Positions 46,941 to 56,987 of a stretch of DNA of 64,000 bases are shown piece by piece. Every line of letters begins with the position of its first letter. The first letter of the stretch is position 1. This DNA comes from Armatimonadota bacterium (GTDB lineage: Bacteria; Armatimonadota; SYMT01). Both the position numbers and the translations under genes were made by a program. The stretch is from assembly GCA_041690135.1 (NCBI GenBank), contig JAWLHY010000004.1, positions 445,856 to 509,855 on the forward strand, written 5' to 3'. Below the pieces are notes generated by a model. That model ran no database searches and was not told the DNA's origin. It saw only the letters and a program-made list of their open reading frames with translations.

Positions 46941-47755
46941 TAGCTTGTTTGAGAGGGAATTTCCAGGCGGAAGAGGCTGCCGCCCGACTCGCGGCGCGCG
47001 GAGGAAAGGCGTATCCGCAGGGTTCGCGCCAGGTGGGCGACGATGTTCAGGCCCATTCCCGTCCCGCCGGTCACTGCGGAGGCGGTATCCGGCGTAGCGG
47101 GCCGGCGAACTGTCGGACCCGTATCTTGCGCCTCGAACGCAATACCGGGACCCTCATCCAGCACGGACAACTCCACGTACTCTCCCACCCCGGACCGCAA
47201 GACCACATCGACGGCGCCCCGCCCGCCGCTGTGGCGGATCGCGTTCTCTACCAACTCCGTTACGAGATAGGCAAGAAGCCGTGCATCCGTCCGGACGGTG
47301 GCATGGCAACCACCGGGATCCAGGCGGAGATTCACGCCCAGACGGGAGGCCCGCGGCGCCATGCGCCGATGTATGGAACTCACCAACTTGCAAATATCCA
47401 CCGGGCCGACAGCGCACGGGAGGGACCGGCTCCGCAAGGAGGCCAGGGTGATCAGGTCTCCCACGGTCTGCTCGAGATCGTAGAGACTCTCGAAAGCATA
47501 CTGGAGGTGGGCTTGCTGGGTCTTCGTGAGTTCCCCGGCCGTGGGGTCTTCCAGCATTTCGAGGTTCGCCAGGGCACTGGCGAGCGGCGACCGGAGGTGA
47601 TGAACGGCGGCGGCGGCGGCCTGATGAGTAGCCGGTAGGGTTTCCGGCCACCGGCGGCGGTGCGGAATAGACGCGACACGATGCGGACGACGAATGGCTA
47701 CAGGTTCAAACGTTTCTTCGTCCGCTATCTCTTCGACCTCGATCACACCTCGCAT
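46937..47755 (-). CDS. Cytoplasmic histidine kinase lacking a sensor domain
   Basis: H-box VHHLRSPL, N-box ELVENAIRH, G1 DEGPGI, G2 GTGMGL; no TM or PAS domain; start uncertain (47755 or 47818). Confidence 0.8.
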   Translation of the reverse strand: MRGVIEVEEIADEETFEPVAIRRPHRVASIPHRRRWPETLPATHQAAAAAVHHLRSPLASALANLEMLEDPTAGELTKTQQAHLQYAFESLYDLEQTVGDLITLASLRSRSLPCAVGPVDICKLVSSIHRRMAPRASRLGVNLRLDPGGCHATVRTDARLLAYLVTELVENAIRHSGGRGAVDVVLRSGVGEYVELSVLDEGPGIAFEAQDTGPTVRRPATPDTASAVTGGTGMGLNIVAHLARTLRIRLSSARRESGGSLFRLEIPSQTSY

Positions 47756-48067
47756 GGAAGCCTCGGGAAGGAAGGCACGGTCTCCTGCACTCCTCAACGG
47801 CAGCCCGTGTTTCCGCACATGGGTGTTGCCCCCGCGAAGAACGGTGAAACTCCTGTTTTACCAAAATGCTACAGTGGGTGGAGCGAACGAACGGGTCCAC
47901 CACACCCACTCGTGAGTACCCGGGGTGTAAACCTCCTTCTGCCGGTGCAAGGACCGAGGCTATTCCTTTCACCAGGCGCCCTCCTAGCCGCAGCGCAGAG
48001 GGGCGTTGAGATCGGAACTTCCGTGGCATGGGATCCACTAGCAAGTGAATCGGCTCTCACCTCCTCG

Positions 48068-48099
48068 CGGGGGCGGAGACGCCGGCGTCTCAGCCCCCG
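48068..48099. terminator. Hairpin downstream of gdhA
   Basis: CGGGGG-CG-GAGACGCC / GGCGTCTC-AG-CCCCCG inverted repeat. Confidence 0.5.
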
Positions 48100-48135
48100 C
48101 GAAAACGGTTACAGCCCCTGCGTTGAAGGGCCGCT

Positions 48136-49407
48136 CTACGGGTAGATCCCACGAATCCGCGTGGCCTCGGCAACACGACTGACGCCCACGGCATAGGCGC
48201 CCATCCGGAGGTTGGTCCGGTAGCGCTCGGCGGCGTCCCAGACTTCCTGGAAAGCCCGGCCCATGATCTGCTCCAGCCGCCCGTTCACCTCGTCTTCACT
48301 CCAGAAGAACGCCTGGAGGTCCTGCACCCATTCGAAATAGCTGACGATCACGCCGCCCGCGTTCGCCAGCACGTCCGGCAACACCAAGATCCCCTTCTCG
48401 TACAGGATCTGGTCGGCTTCCGGGGTGGTGGGCCCATTCGCCCCCTCCACCACCATCTTCGCCTGGATCCGGTCCGCATTCGCGGCCGTGATCTGGCGGT
48501 CCGTGGCGGCGGGAACCAGGATATCGACCGGCAGTTCCAGGAGCTCCTGGTTCGTTACCGTCTCTCCCAGCGTCGATTCGGTCAGCGGGCGCTGGTCGAG
48601 CTTATAGCCTTCCAGCACGTCCAGATCGAGCCCGTTCGGGTTATAACATCCGCCCGTGACGTCGCTCACCGCCACGACCCGCGCCCCCGCCCGGGCCAGC
48701 AGGCGGGCCGCCACGGAGCCCACGTTGCCGAACCCCTGTACCGCCACGGTCGAGCCCTGGAGGCTGCGACCCTGCTTGAGACAGGCAAGCGCGGTGGCCA
48801 TCGTCACCCCGCGCCCGGTGGCCTCGATCCGTCCCAACGTACCGCCGACCGCAGCCGGCTTGCCGGTCACCACCCCCGTCACCGTGTAGCCCCGGTGCAT
48901 GGAATAGGTATCCATGATCCAGGCCATCACCTGCTGGTTCGTCCCCATGTCGGGCGCGGGGATATCCCCCTCCGGCCCGATCAGCAGGCTCACCTCCGTG
49001 GCGAAACGACGGGTGAGACCTTCAAGCTCATGCTGCGAAAGGGCGTGCGGGTCTACCTGGACGCCCCCCTTGGCCCCACCGTAGGGCAGCCCCACCACCG
49101 CGCACTTCCAGGTCATCCACATCGCCAGCGCCCGCACCTCATCCAGGTCCACATCCAGGCTGTAGCGGATGCCTCCCTTGGTGGGGCCCAGGCTGGTGTT
49201 GTGCTGGATGCGATGGCCGGTGAAGACCCGGATCGACCCGTCGTCCATCTTCACCGGGAAGTGGACCGTCAATTCCCGCTTCGGATGACGGAGAACCTCG
49301 TGGAGGTTGGGGTCGAGACGGAGAAGCTGCGCTACATTATCGAGCTGCGAGAGGGCCATCTCCCAGGCGCTCTGCTGGGGTGAACTCTCGCGAGTCGCCA
49401 TTGACAT
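48136..49407 (-). CDS. gdhA: Glutamate dehydrogenase (Glu/Leu/Phe/Val dehydrogenase family)
   Basis: [56 protein letters not shown]. Confidence 0.95.
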   Translation of the reverse strand: MSMATRESSPQQSAWEMALSQLDNVAQLLRLDPNLHEVLRHPKRELTVHFPVKMDDGSIRVFTGHRIQHNTSLGPTKGGIRYSLDVDLDEVRALAMWMTWKCAVVGLPYGGAKGGVQVDPHALSQHELEGLTRRFATEVSLLIGPEGDIPAPDMGTNQQVMAWIMDTYSMHRGYTVTGVVTGKPAAVGGTLGRIEATGRGVTMATALACLKQGRSLQGSTVAVQGFGNVGSVAARLLARAGARVVAVSDVTGGCYNPNGLDLDVLEGYKLDQRPLTESTLGETVTNQELLELPVDILVPAATDRQITAANADRIQAKMVVEGANGPTTPEADQILYEKGILVLPDVLANAGGVIVSYFEWVQDLQAFFWSEDEVNGRLEQIMGRAFQEVWDAAERYRTNLRMGAYAVGVSRVAEATRIRGIYP

Positions 49408-49617
49408 CGATCACTCCTTACTTGCACCGGGCTGTTTTGGCCCCGGCTTAGCACTATTATTGCCAGGGGGCGCTTCCTTTATTGCATGGGACCCGAAACG
49501 GGCTCATCCCGCTCCCTGAGGGTTCGCTCATCGCTTCCCCACGGATCCCTCGGCTAGCCGTGAAACCACCCCATCCATCCAACACCGGGGCGGTTCAGCG
49601 TTCCTCAGGGTACGCGG

Positions 49618-49647
49618 TTGCTTCCGGGGAATCGCCCTCGCTATAAT
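49618..49647 (+). promoter_or_regulatory. Putative sigma-70 promoter for yggS-sepF
   Basis: TTGCTT (49618-49623), 18-bp spacer, TATAAT (49642-49647); about 65 bp upstream of the yggS start. Confidence 0.55.
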
Positions 49648-49713
49648 CTGCGGGTGCCCTTTTATCCCCAGGATTCCCCCGAATCCTTTCCCCTCCGAAC
49701 TGGAGTGGGCCGC

Positions 49714-50400
49714 GTGAACAGCATTGCCGAGAATCTAATCAAGATCCAGGAGCGAATTGCTCGTGCCGCCGCCCGATCGGGCCGGACGCAGGAGGAGATT
49801 TGCCTGGTAGCGGTTTCGAAGACCCAGCCGGCGGAGGTGATCCGGCAAGCCCTGGCGGCGGGAGCCACCGACCTGGGCGAAAACTACGTGCAGGAAGCCG
49901 AGGAGAAGTTCGCCGGGATCCCCCACGCCGGGGTCACGCTGCACTTCATCGGACACTTGCAGAAGAACAAAGCCGGTAAGGCCGCGACGCTGTTCGACGT
50001 GGTACAGTCGATCGACCACATCGCACTGGCCCAGGCGCTCGGTCGGCGTGCCGGAATGGCGGGTAAGCAACTGGACGTGTTGCTCGAGGTGAACGTCTCG
50101 GGCGAGGAAAGCAAGTTTGGGGTCGCGCCGGAAGGCACCCTCGACCTGGCGGCCGAAGTGATGCAGATCGAAGGTCTGCGGCTTCGTGGATTGATGGGGA
50201 TGGGCCCACTGCGCGGTGACGAGCGGGCGACGCGGAAGAGCTTTCAGCAACTGAAGCGGTTGTTCGACGCCCTCCCCGCAGAGTACCGGCAGGTGCTCTC
50301 CATGGGGATGACGGGCGATTTCGAAGCCGCCATCGAGGAAGGCTCGACCATGGTGCGGATCGGCACGGGGATCTTCGGGCCCCGGCAAATGCGAAATTGA
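49714..50400 (+). CDS. yggS: PLP homeostasis protein YggS/PipY
   Basis: LVAVSKT, GENYVQE, HFIGHLQ.NK, EVN.SGE.SK.G, SMGM..DF..AI..GST.VRIGT.IFG. Confidence 0.95.
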   Translation: MNSIAENLIKIQERIARAAARSGRTQEEICLVAVSKTQPAEVIRQALAAGATDLGENYVQEAEEKFAGIPHAGVTLHFIGHLQKNKAGKAATLFDVVQSIDHIALAQALGRRAGMAGKQLDVLLEVNVSGEESKFGVAPEGTLDLAAEVMQIEGLRLRGLMGMGPLRGDERATRKSFQQLKRLFDALPAEYRQVLSMGMTGDFEAAIEEGSTMVRIGTGIFGPRQMRN

Positions 50401-50436
50401 TTTTTGCCGACTTTCGAGATTTCTGAGGAGTTCGGG

Positions 50437-50970
50437 ATGAGCAGGCGACTGAAGGCCGACGATTACGAGGAACAGGACGGCTTCATCAAATGGGTGAAGG
50501 ACCGCTGGTTCGGGGATGCGGAAGAGGAAGAAGAGGAAGAATCGTTCGGCGCGCCCGAGCCGCCGCGACATACCTCTCCCCCTCCTGCCGCCGCTGCTGC
50601 CGCCACCGCCACCGCGGCGCCCCGGACTAACCGGAAGGCACAGGCCAACGGCAATATCCTGCAGGTGCACGCCCACCGCGGCAGCCAGATCACCAAGCGC
50701 GCCCCCCGGTCGCTCGCCGATGCCCAGCGCGCGGCGGAAGACCTGAAAGAGCGCCGGCCCGTAATCGTGAACCTGGAGAAGGCGGACGACGAGCTGGCTC
50801 GCCGCGTGATCGACTTCATCAGCGGCGTGACCTACGCCCTGAACGGCTTCTACGAGCGCGTGGGAGACAAGGTCTTCCTGTTCACCCCTTCCAACATCAT
50901 CATCGCCGACGAGGATGAGGTGGAGCCGGGCGGCAAGGGCCTTTACGCGGACGACGATCCCCACATGTAA
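50437..50970 (+). CDS. sepF: Cell division protein SepF
   Basis: PRSLADAQ, VIVNL, ARRVIDFISG..YAL.G, VFLFTP.N; follows yggS. Confidence 0.93.
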   Translation: MSRRLKADDYEEQDGFIKWVKDRWFGDAEEEEEEESFGAPEPPRHTSPPPAAAAAATATAAPRTNRKAQANGNILQVHAHRGSQITKRAPRSLADAQRAAEDLKERRPVIVNLEKADDELARRVIDFISGVTYALNGFYERVGDKVFLFTPSNIIIADEDEVEPGGKGLYADDDPHM

Positions 50971-51060
50971 TCGAGATTATCTCGGGGGCGGTTCTGCCCT
51001 GGGAAGCTGAGAAGCGGGCCGGTGCTCCAAAAGGAGTGCCGGCCTGTTTTGTTTGGGGTG

Positions 51061-51245
51061 GCCAGGTGTTCGGGTGGTTACGTGCTCTTGCGGCTCAAGC
51101 CGCGGCTACAAACGGCGACTGCCCGAAGGGCGCCCGCCTGCGTCGGCTCTCCGCACAGTACGTGCTCAGAACCCGAGGTTACAACCACGCGCCCAGCGCA
51201 GAACAGGCGTGCCTGTAACCCACCGCCGGGGTTCGCAGCCAAGAA
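51061..51245. repeat. REP-like palindromes between sepF and proC
   Basis: TGCGGCTCAAGCCGCGGCTACAAACG (reverse complement CGTTTGTAGCCGCGGCTTGAGCCGCA) matches the family at 14889-15030. Confidence 0.65.
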
Positions 51246-51444
51246 AGGCCTGGGGATGAGCGGCGAGGCGGGTGATCTGGATGAGGACTCCGTTGCGGGT
51301 CCAAGGATCAAGGACCTACGTGGCTGCGTGGGCGAAAACGTGATACGAGATGCACGGTATGTCGCGTCGCCGCGGCAACCTTTCTGAACGAAGGCTCCTC
51401 TTCGCGCAGCCCTTTCGATAGTCACCCTACTACCATCCACTGAC

Positions 51445-52257
51445 ATGCCTCTGAACCAGCGTTTTGCCTTTCTTGGTGGCGGGGTGATGGCCACCGCCAT
51501 CCTCCGCTCCCTGCTCGACCGCGGCGTCCTGCAGCCCGGCCAGGTGGTCGTAAGCGATCCCCAGGAGAAATCGCGGAAGTCCCTGGAAGCCCTGGGAGTC
51601 CGTGCCGTGGCCGCTAACGCGGAGGCGCTGGTAGGAGCCGACGTGGTGGTGCTGGCCGTCAAGCCGTTTGTGCTCCCGGCGGTCCTGCAAGAGAACGCGG
51701 ATCGGATCACGCCGGGGCAATTGGTGGTCTCCATCGCGGCCGGGGTCTCGCTCGCGCAGATGGAAGCCGCACTGCCGGCGGGAGTCCCGGTGATCCGGGT
51801 GATGCCGAACACACCGGTGCTGGTGGGAGCGGGCGCGGCGGCGATCTGCCGGGGCACCGCGGCCACGCCGGAGCACGCGGCCCTGGTGCGAGAGGTCTTC
51901 GAGGCGGGCGGGATCTGCGTGGAGGTGTCCGAGGCGCAGATGGATGCTGTGACGGGACTCAGTGGGAGCGGACCGGCCTATGTGTGCCTGATCATCGAGG
52001 CGCTGGCGGATGGGGCGGTACGGATGGGGCTTCCACGCGACGTGGCGCAGAAGCTGGCCGCGCAAACGGTGCTGGGTGGGGCGCAGTGGGTCCTGGAAAC
52101 GGGAGAGCACCCGGCGGTGCTGAAAGACCGTGTTGCCACCCCCGGCGGCACCACCATTGCCGGCTTGGCCGCATTAGAGGAAGCTGGGGTTCGGAGCGGG
52201 TTGATCAAGGCCGTCGAAGCCGCCACCCGCCGGAGCACGGAACTGGGTAAGAAGTAG
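51445..52257 (+). CDS. proC: Pyrroline-5-carboxylate reductase
   Basis: FLGGGVMA, LAVKP, SIAAG, RVMPNTP, SGSGPAY, TPGGTTI. Confidence 0.96.
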   Translation: MPLNQRFAFLGGGVMATAILRSLLDRGVLQPGQVVVSDPQEKSRKSLEALGVRAVAANAEALVGADVVVLAVKPFVLPAVLQENADRITPGQLVVSIAAGVSLAQMEAALPAGVPVIRVMPNTPVLVGAGAAAICRGTAATPEHAALVREVFEAGGICVEVSEAQMDAVTGLSGSGPAYVCLIIEALADGAVRMGLPRDVAQKLAAQTVLGGAQWVLETGEHPAVLKDRVATPGGTTIAGLAALEEAGVRSGLIKAVEAATRRSTELGKK

Positions 52258-52473
52258 GGGCCGGGGGCCAGGGGCCAGGGGCCGGGTTAGAAGTGGAGTG
52301 GTGAGTAGGTGAGGGGTGGAGTAGTGGGCCGTGGGCATTCAGGCATGCAGGCGGTCGGGTGTTCGGGTGGTCAGGTGTTCAGGTAATCGGACTGCGGACA
52401 GATGGGGCGGATGGGCCGGATGGGCCGGATCCGTCATGGGTGCGGGAAACAGCTTGCGTACAGCCCACTGCTT

Positions 52474-52571
52474 CTGCCCACTGCCCACTGCCAACTGCCC
52501 ACTGCCCACTGCCCACTGCCTTCTGCCCACTGCCTTCTGCCTACTGCCTTCTGCCTACTGCCTTCTGCCTA
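52474..52571. repeat. Heptamer tandem repeat (CTGCCHW) x14
   Basis: CTGCCCA/CTGCCAA/CTGCCTT/CTGCCTA units ending 25 bp before the mazG ATG; preceded by GGGGCCA, GGYRTTCA and GGATGGGCC tracts (52258-52431). Confidence 0.95.
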
Positions 52572-52596
52572 CTGGATCGTGGTTTTGTGAAAAGCT

Positions 52597-54075
52597 ATGC
52601 CTGCTGATATTACGGTGATCGGGCTGGGGCCGGCGGGATTGGAGTTGCTGCCGGGGGAGTGTTTGCGGTTGCTGGAGACGGGGGAGAAGGTGATTCTCCG
52701 CACCGAGCGGCACCCGGCGGCACAGGAACTGCGGAAGCGCGGGCTCGCCTTCACCAGCCTGGACGCGCTGTATACCGCGACGGAGAGTTTTGGGGAGCTG
52801 TATCCCCGCCTGGCCGAGGCCGTCTTGAAGGAGGCGGAGGGATCGCAGGTCGTCTATGCGGTGCCGGGACATCCCCTGCTGGGTGAGGAGAGCGTGCGGT
52901 TGCTCCTCGCCTCCGCGGCAGAGGCCGGGCTATCCACGCGGATCGTCGCGGCGCCCGGGTTTACCGACGTTGTCGCGACCGCCCTAGCCGGCGCCGGGGT
53001 GTTCCCGGATCTCGCCGAGTGGCAGGTGGTGGACGGGGCGGCGCTGGAGCGAGTCTGGTGGGACAGCAATCGCCCCACCCTGGTGTTTCAGGTTGACGAT
53101 GCCGCGGCTGCTTCGCGCGTGAAGCTGGTCCTGGCAGAGGAGTACCCCGACGAATTCGAGGGCTACGTCATCCGGCACGCGGGTGAGCCGGGTGTGGAAG
53201 AGGTGCGCCGCCTGCCGCTTTACCAGCTCGACCGGCCGGAGGCGGGCGCCTACGATCACCTGACTACCCTTTACCTTCCTCCCCTCCCCCGGGAAGAGCG
53301 CCGGGCGCACTTCCGGGACTTCGTCGACCTGGTGGCGACGCTGCGCGGCCCGGAAGGCTGCCCGTGGGATCGGGAGCAGACCTACGCCAGCCTGAAGCGC
53401 TTTGTCCTGGAAGAGGCCTACGAGGTATTGGAGGCGGTCGACAGCGAGGACCCCGACAAGCTCTGCGATGAACTGGGGGACCTGATGCTGCAGGTGCTCC
53501 TCTACTCGCAGATCGCCGAGGAGGAGGGGGTCTTCGACGTGCGGGACGTGATGACCCGCATCATCGACAAGCTAATCCGTCGGCACCCGCACGTCTTTGG
53601 GGATGTTTCCGTGGAGAACGCGGAGGACGTCACCCGGAATTGGGATGCCATCAAGCGACAGGAGAAGCCGGAGCGCTCCAGCGTGCTGGACGGCGTCCCG
53701 CGCGACCTCCCGGCCCTGATGAAGGCGCTCGAGGTGAGCAAGCGCGTCGTGAAGGTCGGGTTCGAGTGGCCCAGCCTGGAGGAGGTCCTTGCGAAGCTGG
53801 ATGAGGAGACGGCGGAGCTCAAAGCCGAGCTGGCGGAGCGCGACCGCGAGCGGTTGACCGGCGAGATCGGCGACCTGCTCTTCACCGTGGTCAATGTGGC
53901 GCGATGGTTGAAGATCGACCCCGAGGAGGCGCTGCGCCAGATGGTGGAGCGGTTCGGGCGCCGTTTCCGGGAAGTCGAGCGCCTCGCCGCCGCCGAGGGC
54001 CGCCCCCTGACGGAGATGGGCATCCAGGAGCTGGACCGTCTCTGGGACCAGGCGAAGGCCACGCTGGAAGCCTAA
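52597..54075 (+). CDS. mazG: YabN-type fusion: tetrapyrrole-methylase-like domain + nucleoside triphosphate pyrophosphohydrolase MazG
   Basis: GLGP, LRT.RHP, YAVPGHP; [41 protein letters not shown]. Confidence 0.93.
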   Translation: MPADITVIGLGPAGLELLPGECLRLLETGEKVILRTERHPAAQELRKRGLAFTSLDALYTATESFGELYPRLAEAVLKEAEGSQVVYAVPGHPLLGEESVRLLLASAAEAGLSTRIVAAPGFTDVVATALAGAGVFPDLAEWQVVDGAALERVWWDSNRPTLVFQVDDAAAASRVKLVLAEEYPDEFEGYVIRHAGEPGVEEVRRLPLYQLDRPEAGAYDHLTTLYLPPLPREERRAHFRDFVDLVATLRGPEGCPWDREQTYASLKRFVLEEAYEVLEAVDSEDPDKLCDELGDLMLQVLLYSQIAEEEGVFDVRDVMTRIIDKLIRRHPHVFGDVSVENAEDVTRNWDAIKRQEKPERSSVLDGVPRDLPALMKALEVSKRVVKVGFEWPSLEEVLAKLDEETAELKAELAERDRERLTGEIGDLLFTVVNVARWLKIDPEEALRQMVERFGRRFREVERLAAAEGRPLTEMGIQELDRLWDQAKATLEA

Positions 54076-54381
54076 CGACCACCAGAAGCGGGTAGAGCCA
54101 CAGATTTCACAGATTTGAAGGGATTGGGGTGGGTTGCCCGCGGAACACGCGGAAAGGAGCGTCTACATCCCAACTTGCAAACCTTCCAGTGCGGTACCCG
54201 TCCCGGTAAACCGTATCTGCCCCGATTCTGGAACGGCTCGGGAGCTTCCACACTCTAGATTTCCAACCTTCCAGTCCAGATCCGGGCCTGGTAAACCGCA
54301 CCAGTCACCGTGCCCCAGTGGTTCGGAACCTTCAACCTTTAACCTGCCAACCCTGATCCTGCCCTGCCAACCCGCACTCTG

Positions 54382-55488
54382 TCATAGAGTACCTCGGAGC
54401 ATCTGTTCCCGCTCGATGGCTTCGAAGAGGGCCTTGAAGTTGCCCTTGCCGAAGCTGCGGGAGCCGCGCCGCTGGATGATCTCGAAGAAGAGGGTCGGGC
54501 GGTCTTCCACCGGCTTCGTGAAGATCTGGAGCAAGTAACCCTCTTCGTCGCGGTCAACCAGGATACCGAGCTTCGCCAGTTCGCGGATGTCTTCCTGGAT
54601 GGTACCTACCCGGTCCGGTAAGGCCTCGTAGTAGGTAGGCGGGACGCGCAGGAACGAGACGTCGTTGTCGCGCATGGCCGAGACCGTCTCCAGGATATCG
54701 TCCGTCGCGAGGGCAATATGCTGCACCCCGGGCCCGCCGTAGAACTCCAGGTACTCCTCGATCTGGGATTTGCGGCGCCCCTCTGCCGGCTCGTTGATCG
54801 GCATCTTGATCCGACCCTGCCCATCCTGCACCACTTTGGACATCAGCGCGGAGTATTCGGTACTGATGTCCTGGTCGTCGAAATGGACCAGTTGCGTGAA
54901 ACCAAGGATCCGCTCGTAGAAGCCGACCCACTGATCCATCTGCCCCTCCTCCACATTGGCGACGATGTGGTCGATCGCCTGGAGACCGCAAGGGCGTAAG
55001 GTCCGGGGGCTGTAGCGCTCGGGATCGATCGGCTCGTAACCCGGCGCGAAGAATCCCTGGTAACGATCCCGGTTGATGAAGCTGTGGGTCGTATCCCCAT
55101 AGGCACGGATGGTGGCGACCTCGTAGACCCCATGCCGGTCTTCCAGGACCGTAGGGGGCGTTACTCCCAGGGCGCCGCGCTTCAGGGCCGCCTGATAGGC
55201 GTCGGAAACGTCATCCACCTCGAAGGCGATGTCCTGCACGCCATCGCCGTGGAGCACGAGGCGTTGACTTTCGGGATGATCCGCTCGCAGCGGAGAGGCG
55301 AGGACGAAGGTAATGTCGCCCTGCTTCAGCACGTAGCCGGCTTCGTGCCGCAGCCGGGTCTCCAGGCCGGCGTAGGCCACCACGTCGAAACCGTAGGCGT
55401 TGCGGTAGAAATAGGCGGATTGACGCGCGTTTCCAACAAAGAAGCGAACGTGGTCGATACGTCTCAGGGACAACGGATCCCGATCCAT
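54382..55488 (-). CDS. hppD: 4-hydroxyphenylpyruvate dioxygenase
   Basis: HGDGV.DIAF, IDH, ALMSKV, PINEP, SQIEEYL, GVQHIAL, LLQIFT, FFEIIQR, FG.GNFKALF. Confidence 0.96.
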   Translation of the reverse strand: MDRDPLSLRRIDHVRFFVGNARQSAYFYRNAYGFDVVAYAGLETRLRHEAGYVLKQGDITFVLASPLRADHPESQRLVLHGDGVQDIAFEVDDVSDAYQAALKRGALGVTPPTVLEDRHGVYEVATIRAYGDTTHSFINRDRYQGFFAPGYEPIDPERYSPRTLRPCGLQAIDHIVANVEEGQMDQWVGFYERILGFTQLVHFDDQDISTEYSALMSKVVQDGQGRIKMPINEPAEGRRKSQIEEYLEFYGGPGVQHIALATDDILETVSAMRDNDVSFLRVPPTYYEALPDRVGTIQEDIRELAKLGILVDRDEEGYLLQIFTKPVEDRPTLFFEIIQRRGSRSFGKGNFKALFEAIEREQMLRGTL

Positions 55489-55659
55489 GGCATCTCCTCC
55501 CTACTGGTATCCTACCCAGGTAGACGGATAAAGATAAGGATAAGGAGGGGATGGTTAGGATTAGGACTATGATTACGATTAGGATGGGAAGCGAACTGGG
55601 GGAGCGAGGATGGCGCGAAAGGGGTGGAAGGTTGCGAGTAGGAGTGTTACGTGGGGGGA

Positions 55660-56667
55660 TTAGCGGACGGTTGCGTGGAAGGGGACGGTGAGGACCGGGT
55701 TTTTGGGGTCGTCGGTGCGGATGCGGAGCGTGGTGGTCAACGTCCCGGCGGGAAGTGGGCCGGCCGGTCGGATGATCACGTTGTATAGGCGGCCGGGGGT
55801 GCGTGCCTGGATCTCCGCCCGGAGCTTCGCAGTGCCCGTCTCCACCCCGAGCACTTTGAGCTGGCCGGAGCGGGTAAGGACCTGGAGGCGGGTCAACTCC
55901 CTACCGGGAGCCGCCGCCCGCACAACGGGAAGGAGCACGCGCCGGGGACTGACCACCGGCCCCTGCTTCGCCACGCCGACGACTGTAACGGGCCAGGCTT
56001 CCGCTCCCCGTGCGGTGGTTGTCAGGTACACGGTCGTCGTAAAGTCTCCGGCCTCCCGGCGGGGACCCACGGTCAGGTGGAGCCGATGGGTTCCGGACTT
56101 ATCGCCCGCGGCGGGAGGGGTCAGCGTTGCCTTCACCAGCGACGACTCCGATTTCACCCCGCGGATGCGAACACCGCTGCCGGCCCGAGGCACTAACTGG
56201 ACTACGCGGCGATACAGCTTGCCTGGCTCATACGGGATGAGCACCCGGCTGTGCGGCAAGAACCGGATATAGGGTGCAACCTCCGCGGAAACGGGCACCT
56301 GCAGCCGAGGCTGTTCGGGATCGTCGGTCCGGATGATCAGGTTCCGGCGGATCGTGCCCGACCAGAGCGGCTGCGGTTCGAAACGCGCCTTGATTTCCAC
56401 GGAAGCCCCGGGGCCCAGCGTTTGAGGATGCTGCGCCGTCAAGCAGCCGCAGTCGCCCTCGATGCTGCGGATCTTCAACTTCCGCCGCGAGCCGTTCTTC
56501 AAGCGGAAACGGAGGGTCCGCACCTCGCCCGTCTTGATCTTCCCTACCTCCAGTTTCGCCGGCTGCACCGTCAGCGCCGGGGCGGCAACAGCCGGGACGC
56601 CGTGGAGACCCCATCCGAACCCCAGAATCACCGGGACAGCGGCGAAAAACTTCCGCATGCGTCGCAT
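55660..56667 (-). CDS. Secreted DUF1573 / Ig-like repeat protein
   Basis: Signal peptide; FRLKNG....I..IEGDCGC motif; repeated I.TDDP Ig-like modules. Confidence 0.8.
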   Translation of the reverse strand: MRRMRKFFAAVPVILGFGWGLHGVPAVAAPALTVQPAKLEVGKIKTGEVRTLRFRLKNGSRRKLKIRSIEGDCGCLTAQHPQTLGPGASVEIKARFEPQPLWSGTIRRNLIIRTDDPEQPRLQVPVSAEVAPYIRFLPHSRVLIPYEPGKLYRRVVQLVPRAGSGVRIRGVKSESSLVKATLTPPAAGDKSGTHRLHLTVGPRREAGDFTTTVYLTTTARGAEAWPVTVVGVAKQGPVVSPRRVLLPVVRAAAPGRELTRLQVLTRSGQLKVLGVETGTAKLRAEIQARTPGRLYNVIIRPAGPLPAGTLTTTLRIRTDDPKNPVLTVPFHATVR

Positions 56668-56987
56668 CACCGGATCCGTCGCCGGGAGAGCCGGTGTGCT
56701 GACCGGACAAAGTAGAGACTTGAGGCCGTGGCGGTTTTGTACTGACATGAGGCAGGGCAGATAGGCGGGGATCCCGGGGACCCCGCGACGAGGCGGAACA
56801 CCCGGGAGGGACATTCCCACCCAAGTTCGGGAAACAGGCTCGCCTCCCCTGCCTCGGGGAAGGAGTTGGTCGCCCAAACGGCCCGCGAGCGATCTCTCGT
56901 GCTCCTGTGGAAGGGAGAGGAGACCCGGCGCGGGAAAGATAGTTAACCGGCATCCCCAAGCATTCCACGACTTCCGAGGAGACAAAG

